A stretch of DNA of 64,000 bases from Rhodospirillales bacterium (lineage in GTDB: Bacteria; Pseudomonadota; Alphaproteobacteria; Rhodospirillales; UBA2165), in assembly GCA_965221855.1 (NCBI GenBank), contig CBDCSV010000005.1, positions 355,577-419,576 of the forward strand, in the 5' to 3' direction. Below are positions 1 through 10,121 of the stretch, piece after piece (position 1 is the stretch's first letter; each line of letters begins with the position of its first letter). The notes below the pieces were generated by a model. The model ran no database searches. It saw only the letters and a program-made list of their open reading frames with translations, and was not told the DNA's origin. Both the position numbers and the translations under genes were made by a program.

Positions 1-150
1 CCTGCTTGCATCTCCTTCACCACCTCAAAGGCTTGTGGTAGGTTCTCAATCGTTACAGCTTGCTGTGGCATCGGGGTGATCCTTCTTGCGGTTGTCGTAA
101 ACCACAGGGAGTACCCCATTCCCAACTGACACATAAATTTTTACGTCACC
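1..150 (-). mobile_element. IS256-family element, partial (transposase 5' end, ATG at 71, and terminal IR)
   Basis: 1-150 matches 11252-11401 of the full IS256 copy except one base (a79 vs c11330); encodes MPQQAVTIENLPQAFEVVKEMQA on the minus strand; continues off the left window edge. Confidence 0.92.
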
Positions 151-203
151 CGCGGCCGCGTCCCTTTGCCCCGAACCGCCGGTCCGGGTATGCTTCCCGG
201 ATC

Positions 204-719
204 ATGCTCGACGTCTTGATCAGGGACCGGACGCCCGATTTCGACGCGGTGTTCCTGGAAATCCGGATGGCGCCCAATATCGTCGCCTATCTGCGCCAGA
301 ACGCTCTGCTGCTGAGCATCTTCGGCGGCATGTGCGTGATCGTCGGCGGACTGTTCTGGCTCGCCGGCGCCGGCCCGGTTCTGCCCTTCATGGGGATCGA
401 GCTCGTGCTGCTCTACATCGCCTACCGGTTCGGCTACAACCGGGCCAAGCGCCGCGAAAGGCTCACCTTGTCGGGCAGCGCCTTCCGCTATCAGTCCCGG
501 GACCACCGGGGCCGCGAGCGGGACGTGACGTTCGAGCCCTACTGGCTCAAGTTCCACACGGAGACGGCGCCGGGCCGGGTCGGCCGGCTGTTCGCGAGCG
601 CCCGCGGCGAAACCGTTGAGATCGGCAATTTCCTCGGACCCGACGAGCGGGAAGAGGTGGCCCACACCCTGGAGCGGGCGCTGATCGATTTGAAGGAACG
701 GCCGGTGGGACCCAGGTAA
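204..719 (+). CDS. DUF2244-family integral membrane protein
   Basis: ATG 204; two hydrophobic helices (..LFWLAGAGPVLPFMGIELVLLY), RAKRRERLTL, and C-terminal VEIGNFLGPDEREEVAHTL typical of DUF2244. Confidence 0.75.
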   Translation: MLDVLIRDRTPDFDAVFLEIRMAPNIVAYLRQNALLLSIFGGMCVIVGGLFWLAGAGPVLPFMGIELVLLYIAYRFGYNRAKRRERLTLSGSAFRYQSRDHRGRERDVTFEPYWLKFHTETAPGRVGRLFASARGETVEIGNFLGPDEREEVAHTLERALIDLKERPVGPR

Positions 720-761
720 CCGAAGCGCCAAGTCTCCAAATCAATGCCAACCAAGTCTCCA

Positions 762-1184
762 CTAGGAGCCATTCTCATCGGAATCGTCCCTACGCCGACG
801 CTTCTCAATAAGTTTTGAGACCGAGTTCGCTATCCGAGAAAAATTTCGGGTGCCTCCTTGAGTCACCGCGTAAAAAATCACCAGCGCAATTATCGTCCAA
901 AAACCGGCACCAGCGTGAACAGCCATTCCGACGATGCCGATGATCGAGAGGGCTGCGACAACTGCGACGATGAGTCCTGTATAGGCTTGGCGTTTGCCGA
1001 AGTGATATTTTCCAGAGCGCAATTGCTTGGAATGCGCCTCCGCTGACGCGTTCATTCGTTTGACGAAACCTGGATCATGCTTCTCAATCGCTTCCAAAAA
1101 AAGATCGGGGCGATCAGTATAGTTGCTGATTAGTGCAAGGATAGATACATCGTCTGCGGGAATCCGGCTTGTTTGATCCTCGCC
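762..1184 (-). pseudogene. 5'-truncated small membrane protein (DUF2335-like), cut by ISAs1
   Basis: Frame of ORF 762-1097 stays open upstream to the ISAs1 IR at 1185 with no ATG; amphipathic segment followed by two TM helices. Confidence 0.4.
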
Positions 1185-2399
1185 CAGGGCAATCGCATTT
1201 GATTTGGTTCGTGAACGGAATGGCTTCGTAAACGGAATGGAAATGAGTATCGCTGCTGCTGGAGCTTCTTTGACGTTTGATGGAGGTTTCGGTGGAGAGA
1301 TTTCGGGAGAGTTTTTCGGGTCTTGATGATCCGCGCACGGGCAACGCGTTGCGTCATGATCTTCTTGAGATGCTGTTCATGGCGCTGTGCGCGGCGCTGT
1401 GTGGAAGCACGTCGTGCGTTGACATGGCGGACTTCGCCGAGGCCAAGGAAGAGGTGCTGCGCGAGTTCCTGACCCTGCCCGCTGGCCCGCCCAGCCACGA
1501 CACCTTCTCGCGGCTGTTCCGGTTGTTGGACCCGCGGGCCTTTCATGCCGCCTTCCAGCGCTTCATGTCCGATTTCGCGACCGCCCGGGCGGAGGTTGTT
1601 GCGATTGATGGCAAGAGCCTGAGGCGCTCCTTCGATCGGGCCTCCGGAACCTCGCCGCTCCACCTGGTCAGCGCCTGGGCCGCCGATCAGCGGCTGGTTC
1701 TAGGCCAGATGAACGTGGGCGCGAGCAACGAGATCACCGCCGTGCCGGCCTTGCTCAAGCTGCTCAGCCTCGAAGGCGCGGTGATGACCATGGACGCCAT
1801 GCACTGCCAGAGCGGCACGGCCCGCGACATCCACGAGGCCGGCGCCGATTACCTGATGGCGCTGAAGGCCAACCAGCCCGACCTTCTCGCCGACGTCAAA
1901 CTGCTGCTGGACGATCCCCAGGCGCCCGCCGACGGCGTGGACCAGACGGTGGACGCCGGCCACGGCCGCATCGAAACCCGCCGCGCCGAGGTGCTGCACG
2001 ATATGGACTGGCTCGCCGAAGCCCACCGGTGGCCGGCCCTGGCCGCTGTCGGCAAGGTCACCTCCAGCCGCGAGACCGACGGCCGGGCCACGACAGCGGT
2101 GCGCTACTTCATCGCCTCCTGGCCGCTCACCGCCGACGAACTGAACCGCCTCGTCCGCGGACACTGGGGGATCGAGAACCAACTCCATTGGGTGCTCGAT
2201 GTGGTCATGGACGAAGATCAGGCCCGAGCCCGCAAGGACAACGCCCCGGAAAACCTCGCTCTCCTCAGACGCCTCGCCCTCAACGTCATCAAACGCAACA
2301 AGGACAAGGGATCAAACCGTCTCAAGTTCAATCGCGCCGGGTGGAGCGACAACTTCCTCCGAAAACTCATCGCCGAAATAGGCTAATGCGATTGCCCTG
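1185..2399 (+). mobile_element. ISAs1-family insertion sequence, copy 1 (1215 bp)
   Basis: Perfect 15-bp terminal IR CAGGGCAATCGCATT; same length and same translated ORF as 18334-19548; no target duplication visible. Confidence 0.95.
1277..2386 (+). CDS. ISAs1-family DDE transposase
   Basis: DPR..RHDL, PSHDTF, IDGK, DAMHCQ, ALKANQP, GHGRIETR, HWGIENQLHWVLDV motifs. Confidence 0.95.
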   Translation: MMEVSVERFRESFSGLDDPRTGNALRHDLLEMLFMALCAALCGSTSCVDMADFAEAKEEVLREFLTLPAGPPSHDTFSRLFRLLDPRAFHAAFQRFMSDFATARAEVVAIDGKSLRRSFDRASGTSPLHLVSAWAADQRLVLGQMNVGASNEITAVPALLKLLSLEGAVMTMDAMHCQSGTARDIHEAGADYLMALKANQPDLLADVKLLLDDPQAPADGVDQTVDAGHGRIETRRAEVLHDMDWLAEAHRWPALAAVGKVTSSRETDGRATTAVRYFIASWPLTADELNRLVRGHWGIENQLHWVLDVVMDEDQARARKDNAPENLALLRRLALNVIKRNKDKGSNRLKFNRAGWSDNFLRKLIAEIG

Positions 2400-2850
2400 G
2401 GACTCGCAGGAAGGCTGGTATCGGTTGTTCGAAGACGTGTCGGCCCTGAACGGCCCGGACCGCGACGGCCGGCGGGACAATTTCACAAACGACGAACTCG
2501 GGACGGGCCGGACGCTCCACTTCCTTCTGGACGAGGACCATTTGATGTGGGCCGTCATCTACCGGTTGCGCATCGTCGAAAATCAACCGGACCGCATGGT
2601 CTTCGAGATGACCAACGTCAATGGCATGGGCGTCGCCATATTCACCGCCGTGGATCCCGAGCAGTTTCAGCAATACCACGTAATTGAATGGGAGACCGGC
2701 GACACTTGGCGTTACTACAGTTTTGCTCGTGTGAGCAGCGCCGCGTTTTTGGCATTCATGTCTCCGAAGTCGTTCAAGAACAAAACACAGGCGTTTTATC
2801 GCTATGTCGCGGGCATTCCGACCGACCGGGAACCGCCGGCCGCACGCTAG
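2400..2850 (+). pseudogene. C-terminal remnant of a DUF6675-like protein, 5' part replaced by ISAs1
   Basis: Open frame starts directly at the IS right end: DSQEGWYRLF...WRYYSFAR...AFYRYVAGIPTDREPPAAR*; family recalled from the C-terminal motif. Confidence 0.5.
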
Positions 2851-3902
2851 AGCGTTTCATATTTTGACGGAAGCGTATCCTGCGTTTTTGAAGTAGTTGG
2901 CGCATTGCTGTGGCTCGATGGTGTCGATGAGGCTCCCGAGATGGCGCCATAAGTCGTCGATCTCCCGCTTCTGGGCGTTTCTCATCCAGTGCTTGATTTG
3001 GGCAAAGGTCTGCTCGATGGGATTGAGGTCGGGGGAATATTTGGGCAGGAGCCACAGCTTGGCTCCGGCGGCACGGATGGCGTTTCGCACGGCTTTTGAC
3101 TTGTGGCTGCCGAGATTGTCCATGATGACGATGTCGCCGGGCACCAGGGTCGGCACGAGCAGCTGCTCGACGTAGGCGCGGAAGCACACGCCATTGATGG
3201 GGCCGTCGAAGACGCAGGGCGCGGTGAACCGGTCGCAGCGCAGCGCGCCGATGAAGGTCAGGGTGTGCCACCGCCCATGGGGGGCAAAGCCGCGGACCCG
3301 CTCCCCTTTCGGCCCCCAGCCGCGCAGCGGGGCCATATTGGTCCGGATCCAGGTTTCATCAATGAATACCAGCCGTTCGGGATCAAGCTTTGCCTGCCAC
3401 GCCTTCCAGCGCCTGCGATGGCGGGCGATGTCCGCGCGCGCCCGTTCAACGGCGAACAGGGTTTTTTTTAAAGCGCAGCCCTTCACGGCGCAGAAACAGC
3501 CATACCGTGCTGTGGGATACCCTGACACCCCGAGCGGCCAACTCGTCTCTCAACCGATGCAGCGTCAGATGCGGCTCCTGGTCGATCCGGCCGACAATGA
3601 ACTCCCGATGGGGCTCAAGAACCCGGCGGCGGTGACCGCCCATCTTGCCGGGCGCAACACTCCCCGTCCGCCGGTAGCGCTGCGACCACTTAACCACGCT
3701 CGAAACCGCAACCCCAAACCGAGCCGCTACAGCGCGGCAACTCTCCCCCGCCAAAACCGCCAAAACAACACGCTCTCGCAAATCAATCGAATAAGGTCTC
3801 GCCATGAATGCTGGCCTCCTTGCCCAGCATCCATCTTGAATCATGGTTCGCCCATACTTGGGAATCCCTAAAATGATTCAATCAATCTCAAATACGCTCT
3901 AG
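2847..3902 (-). mobile_element. IS630-family element, copy A (1056 bp including both CTAG)
   Basis: Ends CTAGAGCGTTTCAT... and ...AATACGCTCTAG; same length and identical translated ORFs at 6494-7549 and 33866-34921. Confidence 0.95.
2857..3805 (-). CDS. IS630 transposase, orfA+orfB joined by programmed -1 frameshift
   Basis: orfA MARPYSIDLRERVV (HTH) ends FKKN; orfB has VFIDET, DNLGSHK, YSPDLNPIE; A8 slippery run at about 3462-3469. Confidence 0.9.
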
Positions 3903-4042
3903 TAGCCCGCATTTCTCGTCCGAGCGTCGGACACCGGTTGGGCCCGGGTTGCCCGATCCCGGGCGATTGTCTAGGCATCCGCCGTCGGATAGGCTCGCCG
4001 GCAACCAATCACCGGAAATTCCCAGGGAGGAGGACCGTCCCG

Positions 4043-4831
4043 ATGACCTCAGCTTCAGCCATTCATCAGGCGTCCGAGAGGATTATCAACGCCTACAGAA
4101 GCGGGAAGGCGGACAAGCCGATCCGGGATCTTCTCGACAAGGGCGACATCGATGGCGCCTATGCGGTTCAAGAGGATGTGACCCTGTGGCGCCTGCGCGA
4201 GGGCGCCCGTCTGGTGGGCCGCAAGATCGGCCTGACCGCCAAGGCCGTTCAGACCCAGTTGGGCGTCGATCAGCCGGACTACGGCATGCTGTTCGACGAC
4301 ATGGCGGTGCCGGACGGCGAGGAAATCCCGGCGAGCCGGGTTTCCCAGCCGCGGGTCGAAGCGGAAGTGGCCTACATCCTGGACAAGGACCTGCATCTGG
4401 ACAAGCCGAGCACCGCGGACGTGATCCGCGCCGTCGCCTACGCCGCCCCGGCGATCGAGGTCGTCGACAGCCGGATCGCGAATTTCGACATCACCATCGT
4501 CGATACGGTGGCCGACAACGCCTCGTCGGGGCTCTTCATCCTAGGCAACGACAAGGTTGCGCTGGACGGCTTCGACGGCCGCATGTGCGGCATGGTGGTG
4601 GAAAACCGCGGCGAGCCCGTTTCGGTCGGCGCCGGGGCTGCCTGCCTCGGCCATCCCATCAACGCGGTGCGCTGGCTGGCGGAGGTCATGACCGCGCGGG
4701 GCCGGCCGTTGTCGGCCGGGGACGTCGTCATGTCGGGCGCCTTGGGGCCGATGGTGCCGGCGGCCAAGGGCGAGGTTTACGAAGCGCGGATCAACGGGCT
4801 GGGTTCGGTCCGGGCCGTGTTCGGCGCGTAA
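4043..4831 (+). CDS. mhpD: 2-keto-4-pentenoate hydratase (FAH superfamily)
   Basis: GGAGGAGG RBS; GRKIGLT..VQTQLGVDQPDYGML, PRVEAE, DTVADNASSG, GSGAACLGHP-like motif, GDVVMSGALGPM. Confidence 0.85.
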   Translation: MTSASAIHQASERIINAYRSGKADKPIRDLLDKGDIDGAYAVQEDVTLWRLREGARLVGRKIGLTAKAVQTQLGVDQPDYGMLFDDMAVPDGEEIPASRVSQPRVEAEVAYILDKDLHLDKPSTADVIRAVAYAAPAIEVVDSRIANFDITIVDTVADNASSGLFILGNDKVALDGFDGRMCGMVVENRGEPVSVGAGAACLGHPINAVRWLAEVMTARGRPLSAGDVVMSGALGPMVPAAKGEVYEARINGLGSVRAVFGA

Positions 4832-4844
4832 GGGGAGACGGAAG

Positions 4845-5615
4845 ATGGCAGTCGATATCCAGAAACTCGCCAAGACGGTCGATGATGCGGCGGTGAAGGC
4901 GACGGCAATCCCGCAGCTCTCCAAGAAGAGCCGGATGACGCTCAAGCAGGCCTACAGGGTCCAGGCGGCGAGCATCGACCGGCGCCTGGAGCGCGGCGAA
5001 GAGCGCTCGGGCATGAAGATGGGCTTCACCAGCCGGGCCAAGATGGTCCAGATGGGCCTGTCCGACATGATCTGGGGCCGCTTGACCGACGGCATGCTGG
5101 TCGAGGACGGCGCGGTCATCAACCTCAAGGACTATGTGCACCCGCGGGTCGAGCCGGAAATCGCCTACCTGCTGGGCGCGCCGCTCGCCGGCCCGACCAC
5201 GCCCATGGAGGCAATGGCGGCGGTGGAGGCGGTCGCTCCGGCGCTCGAGATCATCGACAGCCGCTACCGGGCGTTCAAGTTCAATCTGCAGGACGTGGTG
5301 GCCGACAACGCGTCGTCGTCCGGCTACGTGATCGGGCCCTGGTGCCCGCCGGATATGGATCTGGATAACCTCGGCGTGGTCATGGAAATAAACGGCCGCC
5401 CGGCGACCATCGGCTCGTCCGCCGCGATACTCGGACATCCCGGTCGCTCGCTCGCCGCGGCATCCCGGATGGCCGCCGAAGCGGGTGAAATTCTCGAAGC
5501 CGGCTGGGTAGTCATGGCGGGCGGCGTCACCGAGGCGGTCGCCCTGGAAAAGGGCGTTTCGGTCCGCAATACGGTGCAGGGCCTCGGGTCCGTCGGCTTC
5601 AGGGTGAAGGGATAA
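4845..5615 (+). CDS. dmpH: 4-oxalocrotonate decarboxylase (FAH superfamily)
   Basis: KMGFTSRAKMVQMG, HPRVEPEIA, EIIDSRY, DVVADNASSSG; adjacent to the hydratase as in dmp/xyl/amn operons. Confidence 0.8.
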   Translation: MAVDIQKLAKTVDDAAVKATAIPQLSKKSRMTLKQAYRVQAASIDRRLERGEERSGMKMGFTSRAKMVQMGLSDMIWGRLTDGMLVEDGAVINLKDYVHPRVEPEIAYLLGAPLAGPTTPMEAMAAVEAVAPALEIIDSRYRAFKFNLQDVVADNASSSGYVIGPWCPPDMDLDNLGVVMEINGRPATIGSSAAILGHPGRSLAAASRMAAEAGEILEAGWVVMAGGVTEAVALEKGVSVRNTVQGLGSVGFRVKG

Positions 5616-5619
5616 TCCC

Positions 5620-6381
5620 GTGAACCGAATCGACCTCGAAGGCCGCGCCGCCGTCGTCACCGGCGGTGCGGCGGGACTGGGCCTTGGCATCGCCAGGCGG
5701 CTGGTGGAGTCCGGCGCCGATACCTGCATCTGGGACGTCAACGAAGACGGTCTGGCCCAGGCGGTGGAGGAACTGTCGGCGGCGGCCGGCGGCACGAAGG
5801 TGACCGGCCGGGCCGCCGATATTTCCGACAATTCGGCGGTGGAAGCCGCCTTTGCCGGCTCGGTCGGCGATCTCGGCAAGGTCGACATCCTGGTCAACAA
5901 CGCCGGAATTTCGGGTCCCAACGTCACGTCGTGGGAATACCCCGTCGATGCCTGGGACAAGGTGGTCGATATCAATCTGTCGGGGACGTTCTACGTCAGC
6001 CGGGCGGCCATTCCCCACATGCTGGAGAACGGCTACGGCCGCATCGTCAATGTCGCGTCCATCGCCGGCAAGGAGGGAAACCCCAAGGCGCCGGCCTATT
6101 CGGCGACCAAGGCCGGCGTCATCGGCTTGACGAAGGCGCTGGGCAAGGAATTGGCGCAGACCAACGTGATGGTCAACTGCGTGACCCCGGCGGCGGTGCG
6201 GACGGCGATCTTCGATCAGATGACCGAGGAGCATATCGATTTCATGCTCTCGAAAATCCCCATGAACCGCTTCGGCCTGGTGGAGGAAATCGCCGCCATG
6301 GTGGCGTGGCTGGCCTCCGAGGAATGCTCGTTCGCCACCGGCGGGGTCTTCGACGTCTCGGGCGGCCGCGCGACTTATTGA
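5620..6381 (+). CDS. Short-chain dehydrogenase (2-keto-3-deoxy-sugar-acid dehydrogenase-like)
   Basis: GTG start; TGGAAGLG, NNAG, YSATK catalytic motif; C-terminal FDVSGGRATY. Confidence 0.85.
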   Translation: MNRIDLEGRAAVVTGGAAGLGLGIARRLVESGADTCIWDVNEDGLAQAVEELSAAAGGTKVTGRAADISDNSAVEAAFAGSVGDLGKVDILVNNAGISGPNVTSWEYPVDAWDKVVDINLSGTFYVSRAAIPHMLENGYGRIVNVASIAGKEGNPKAPAYSATKAGVIGLTKALGKELAQTNVMVNCVTPAAVRTAIFDQMTEEHIDFMLSKIPMNRFGLVEEIAAMVAWLASEECSFATGGVFDVSGGRATY

Positions 6382-6384
6382 CCA

Positions 6385-6490
6385 TTGCGCAGCCATCAGG
6401 TTGGGCAGCCGGAGCACGATCCCCGGGAAGATCGCCACCGGCGCCGGCCGGACAAGATCGGCGCCCATGCCGCCGGTGACGGTGAGCCCT
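6385..6490 (-). pseudogene. Possible C-terminal remnant of a TRAP large permease (DctM)
   Basis: Minus frame reads GLTV...AIFPGIVLRLPNLM, resembling the DctM terminal FPxIxLWLPxLM; abuts IS630 copy B. Confidence 0.35.
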
Positions 6491-6493
6491 AGT

Positions 6494-7549
6494 CTAGAGC
6501 GTTTCATATTTTGACGGAAGCGTATCCTGCGTTTTTGAAGTAGTTGGCGCATTGCTGTGGCTCGATGGTGTCGATGAGGCTCCCGAGATGGCGCCATAAG
6601 TCGTCGATCTCCCGCTTCTGGGCGTTTCTCATCCAGTGCTTGATTTGGGCAAAGGTCTGCTCGATGGGATTGAGGTCGGGGGAATATTTGGGCAGGAGCC
6701 ACAGCTTGGCTCCGGCGGCACGGATGGCGTTTCGCACGGCTTTTGACTTGTGGCTGCCGAGATTGTCCATGATGACGATGTCGCCGGGCACCAGGGTCGG
6801 CACGAGCAGCTGCTCGACGTAGGCGCGGAAGCACACGCCATTGATGGGGCCGTCGAAGACGCAGGGCGCGGTGAACCGGTCGCAGCGCAGCGCGCCGATG
6901 AAGGTCAGGGTGTGCCACCGCCCATGGGGGGCAAAGCCGCGGACCCGCTCCCCTTTCGGCCCCCAGCCGCGCAGCGGGGCCATATTGGTCCGGATCCAGG
7001 TTTCATCAATGAATACCAGCCGTTCGGGATCAAGCTTTGCCTGCCACGCCTTCCAGCGCCTGCGATGGCGGGCGATGTCCGCGCGCGCCCGTTCAACGGC
7101 GAACAGGGTTTTTTTTAAAGCGCAGCCCTTCACGGCGCAGAAACAGCCATACCGTGCTGTGGGATACCCTGACACCCCGAGCGGCCAACTCGTCTCTCAA
7201 CCGATGCAGCGTCAGATGCGGCTCCTGGTCGATCCGGCCGACAATGAACTCCCGATGGGGCTCAAGAACCCGGCGGCGGTGACCGCCCATCTTGCCGGGC
7301 GCAACACTCCCCGTCCGCCGGTAGCGCTGCGACCACTTAACCACGCTCGAAACCGCAACCCCAAACCGAGCCGCTACAGCGCGGCAACTCTCCCCCGCCA
7401 AAACCGCCAAAACAACACGCTCTCGCAAATCAATCGAATAAGGTCTCGCCATGAATGCTGGCCTCCTTGCCCAGCATCCATCTTGAATCATGGTTCGCCC
7501 ATACTTGGGAATCCCTAAAATGATTCAATCAATCTCAAATACGCTCTAG
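6494..7549 (-). mobile_element. IS630-family element, copy B (transposase 6504-7452, frameshifted)
   Basis: CTAG-bounded; ORF translations identical to copy A. Confidence 0.95.
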
Positions 7550-8289
7550 GCGCGCTCCGGGTAGAATTCTGACATCCGGGAGCCGGGGTAGAACGCGGCC
7601 TCGAAGGCCGGCCGTGACCGCATCGCGGCGAACCAGCCGGTGACCGCGGGATGCGCCGCTTCCCACATCTCCCGATGACCGAGATCGTCCATCCGGTCGA
7701 TCAGCGGCGCGACGCACATGTCCGCCAATGTATATTGCTCCCCCATGATCCAGGGACCATTGGCCGTGAGTTCGGTTTCCATCCTGTCGATGGTCAGGCG
7801 CACGTCGTCCATGGCCTTGGCGATCTCGGCCTCGGTGAAGCCGTCCTGGCCCATCCGCTTGTAGAAGTCGGTCTTGAGCGGCCGGCGTTCCGCCGCCTTT
7901 TCGAACTGTTCCGGTGAGAGCCTAGTGTAGTTGTGGATAAGGAATTTCTGGAATGTCGGGTAGCGGACGGCGGGCGTCGGCTTCTCCTCGAAGAAGCGGA
8001 GCCATGCGCGCATTCCGGCCCTGCCGGCCGGCGAGGCCGGGCTGAAGGACGGTTCCGGAAACACCTCGTCCAGAAATTCGAGGATCACCGAGGAGTCGAT
8101 GACCACCGTTCCGTCATGGACGAGCGTCGGCACCACGCCGTTGGGGTTCATCCGCAGGTACTCGCCGGTGAGGTGCCCGCTCTCTCCCGGAGACAGCCGA
8201 TGTTCCTTGTACTCCAGGCCTTTCTCCGCCAGGCAGATGCGCACCTTGAGGCTGCAGGTGGAGGTCGGAAACGAGTAGAGTTCGATCAT
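7546..8289 (-). CDS. Glutathione S-transferase family protein (LigF/PcpC-like)
   Basis: STCSLKVRICLAEKG, NPNGVVPTL, DSSVILEFLDE, YTLAD motifs; its TAG stop lies in the IS630 CTAG. Confidence 0.9.
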   Translation of the reverse strand: MIELYSFPTSTCSLKVRICLAEKGLEYKEHRLSPGESGHLTGEYLRMNPNGVVPTLVHDGTVVIDSSVILEFLDEVFPEPSFSPASPAGRAGMRAWLRFFEEKPTPAVRYPTFQKFLIHNYTRLSPEQFEKAAERRPLKTDFYKRMGQDGFTEAEIAKAMDDVRLTIDRMETELTANGPWIMGEQYTLADMCVAPLIDRMDDLGHREMWEAAHPAVTGWFAAMRSRPAFEAAFYPGSRMSEFYPERA

Positions 8290-8329
8290 GGGGAATTGCC
8301 TCGGCGGTCCGGCGGCTTACGGGTTCGAT

Positions 8330-10051
8330 CTAGGCCGCTTCGCGAGGCAGATCGAAATAGAATGTGGCGCCCCCTTCCGCGTTGTTCCGAAACCCGATCC
8401 GGCCGCCGTGGACTTCGACGATCGCCTTTGAAATCGAGAGGCCGAGACCGGTGCCGCCCCTCTCGCGGCTGTCCGACATGTCCGACTGGGTAAACTTGTC
8501 GAAAATGGTGTCCCGAAAATCCAACGGAACCCCGGGCCCGTTATCCTTAACGGCGACCCGGACCGTCTTGCCGTTCGGTGTCAGCTTTACGTCGACACGG
8601 CTGCCCTCGGGAGAAAATTTCGACGCATTGGATATCAGGTTGGCCATGACCTGCAGCAGCCGATGCCAGTCCCCGGTGATCGATGCATCGGGCATATCGC
8701 GTTCCTTGACCAGAATGACGCCGAACCGGTCCGCGTAGCCCTCGTTGTCGGCGATGGCCTGTTCCACCAATGCATTGAGGTCCACCGGCCGCATCTCGAA
8801 TTCCATGCTGCCGGATTCGATTTTTTCGATGTCGAGTATGTCGTTGATCAGCCGGACCAGCCGTTCCGAATTGCCGTGGGCGACCTCGATGAGTTGCCGA
8901 ACCTGCCTGGAATTTTCGCCCAAGGCGTTTCCGCGCATCAGTCCGAGGGATCCGATGATCGAGGTCAGCGGCGTGCGGAGTTCGTGACTGACCGTCGAAA
9001 CGAACTCGTTCTTGAGACGCTCGATTTCCTTTCGTTCGGTGATGTCGCGGACGATACTCTCCAGGACTTCCCGATTGCCGTAGCTGACGAACCGCGAACT
9101 GATTTCGACCGGCAGCTTGGATCCGTCCTTGCGAACGTGCACGGTTTCAAAGGTCTGGCTGCCTTCCTCCCGGATGCGTTCAAGCCGGCGGGCGGTTTCT
9201 TCCGGCCTGAAGTCCTCCGCGTTGATGTCCATCACGAATTTGCCGATGAGTTCCCCGGTGGTATATCCAAGGCGCCGTGCAGCCGCGCGGTTGACATCCA
9301 AAAAACGGAACGTGTCCGTATCGACGATAAAGATCGAGTCTTCGGCGAATTCGAACAGGTGCCGGTATTTCTCCTCGGACTGTTCGACCGCTCTCGCGGC
9401 CTCGACCTGCTGGGTGATGTTCGTCGTGGTGCCCCGATAGCCGCGGAAACTGCCATTCTCGTCATAAAAGGGACGGCCGTTGATGTTCAGGTGCGTGACG
9501 TTCCCGGCCGTGTCCGTCTGAGTGCAACGGAAATCATCGATTGGGCGCCGGGCGGCTATATCGGCCTTGTGCGCCCTCCAAGCCTCCTCCGATGCCGTGA
9601 CGCCCGGAAGCTCCCAGCGCCTGTTCCCGATGGCGTCGTCGATGGTGCTCATGAATGTCCGTCCGATACCGCCCGAAACATAGGTGAAAACGTGGTCCTC
9701 GTCGGTTTCCCAGAAGCGATGGTTGGGAATGTTGGTGAAATCCTTGATGCGGGCTTCGCTTTGGTCGAGGGCTTCGGCGCGCTCCACGGCATCGCCTCGG
9801 AGCGCCTCGCTCGCGGCCGCCACATGCCGCTGCTTGGCGCCCAGGAAGAAAAACGTGGCGCCAAGGACGACCGGCGCCAGATCGACGATGAAGTGGACGG
9901 GCGAGGCCCGATGGATGTCGATGATCGCCTGGGCGCTGGGCGTCATCCCGCCCAGACTCAGATCCAAAATCCAGGCGGTAATCGGAAACAGGCATCCGAA
10001 GAGAACACCGATAGCCGTGTATCTGGGAACGATCCGGTCCATTTGGCTCAT
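8330..10051 (-). CDS. Membrane-anchored PAS-PAS sensor histidine kinase
   Basis: Two N-terminal TM helices; two PAS/PAC segments; H-box VSHELRTPLTSI; NLISNASKF, DNGPG, GTGLGL boxes; no receiver domain. Confidence 0.93.
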   Translation of the reverse strand: MSQMDRIVPRYTAIGVLFGCLFPITAWILDLSLGGMTPSAQAIIDIHRASPVHFIVDLAPVVLGATFFFLGAKQRHVAAASEALRGDAVERAEALDQSEARIKDFTNIPNHRFWETDEDHVFTYVSGGIGRTFMSTIDDAIGNRRWELPGVTASEEAWRAHKADIAARRPIDDFRCTQTDTAGNVTHLNINGRPFYDENGSFRGYRGTTTNITQQVEAARAVEQSEEKYRHLFEFAEDSIFIVDTDTFRFLDVNRAAARRLGYTTGELIGKFVMDINAEDFRPEETARRLERIREEGSQTFETVHVRKDGSKLPVEISSRFVSYGNREVLESIVRDITERKEIERLKNEFVSTVSHELRTPLTSIIGSLGLMRGNALGENSRQVRQLIEVAHGNSERLVRLINDILDIEKIESGSMEFEMRPVDLNALVEQAIADNEGYADRFGVILVKERDMPDASITGDWHRLLQVMANLISNASKFSPEGSRVDVKLTPNGKTVRVAVKDNGPGVPLDFRDTIFDKFTQSDMSDSRERGGTGLGLSISKAIVEVHGGRIGFRNNAEGGATFYFDLPREAA

Positions 10052-10121
10052 GTGCGAACAATCACGTCGCTTTGGCCGATTCTAGAGCAAAAGACGGTGG
10101 CCGCACAGACACCCCGCGCCT

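Noticed and set aside
2029-2850. 273-aa ORF as one protein
   Set aside because: The first half is an alternative frame of the ISAs1 transposase; only 2400-2850 is a host gene remnant.
10081-10090. CTAGAGCA as the end of another IS630
   Set aside because: Similarity stops after 8 bp and no transposase sequence follows.
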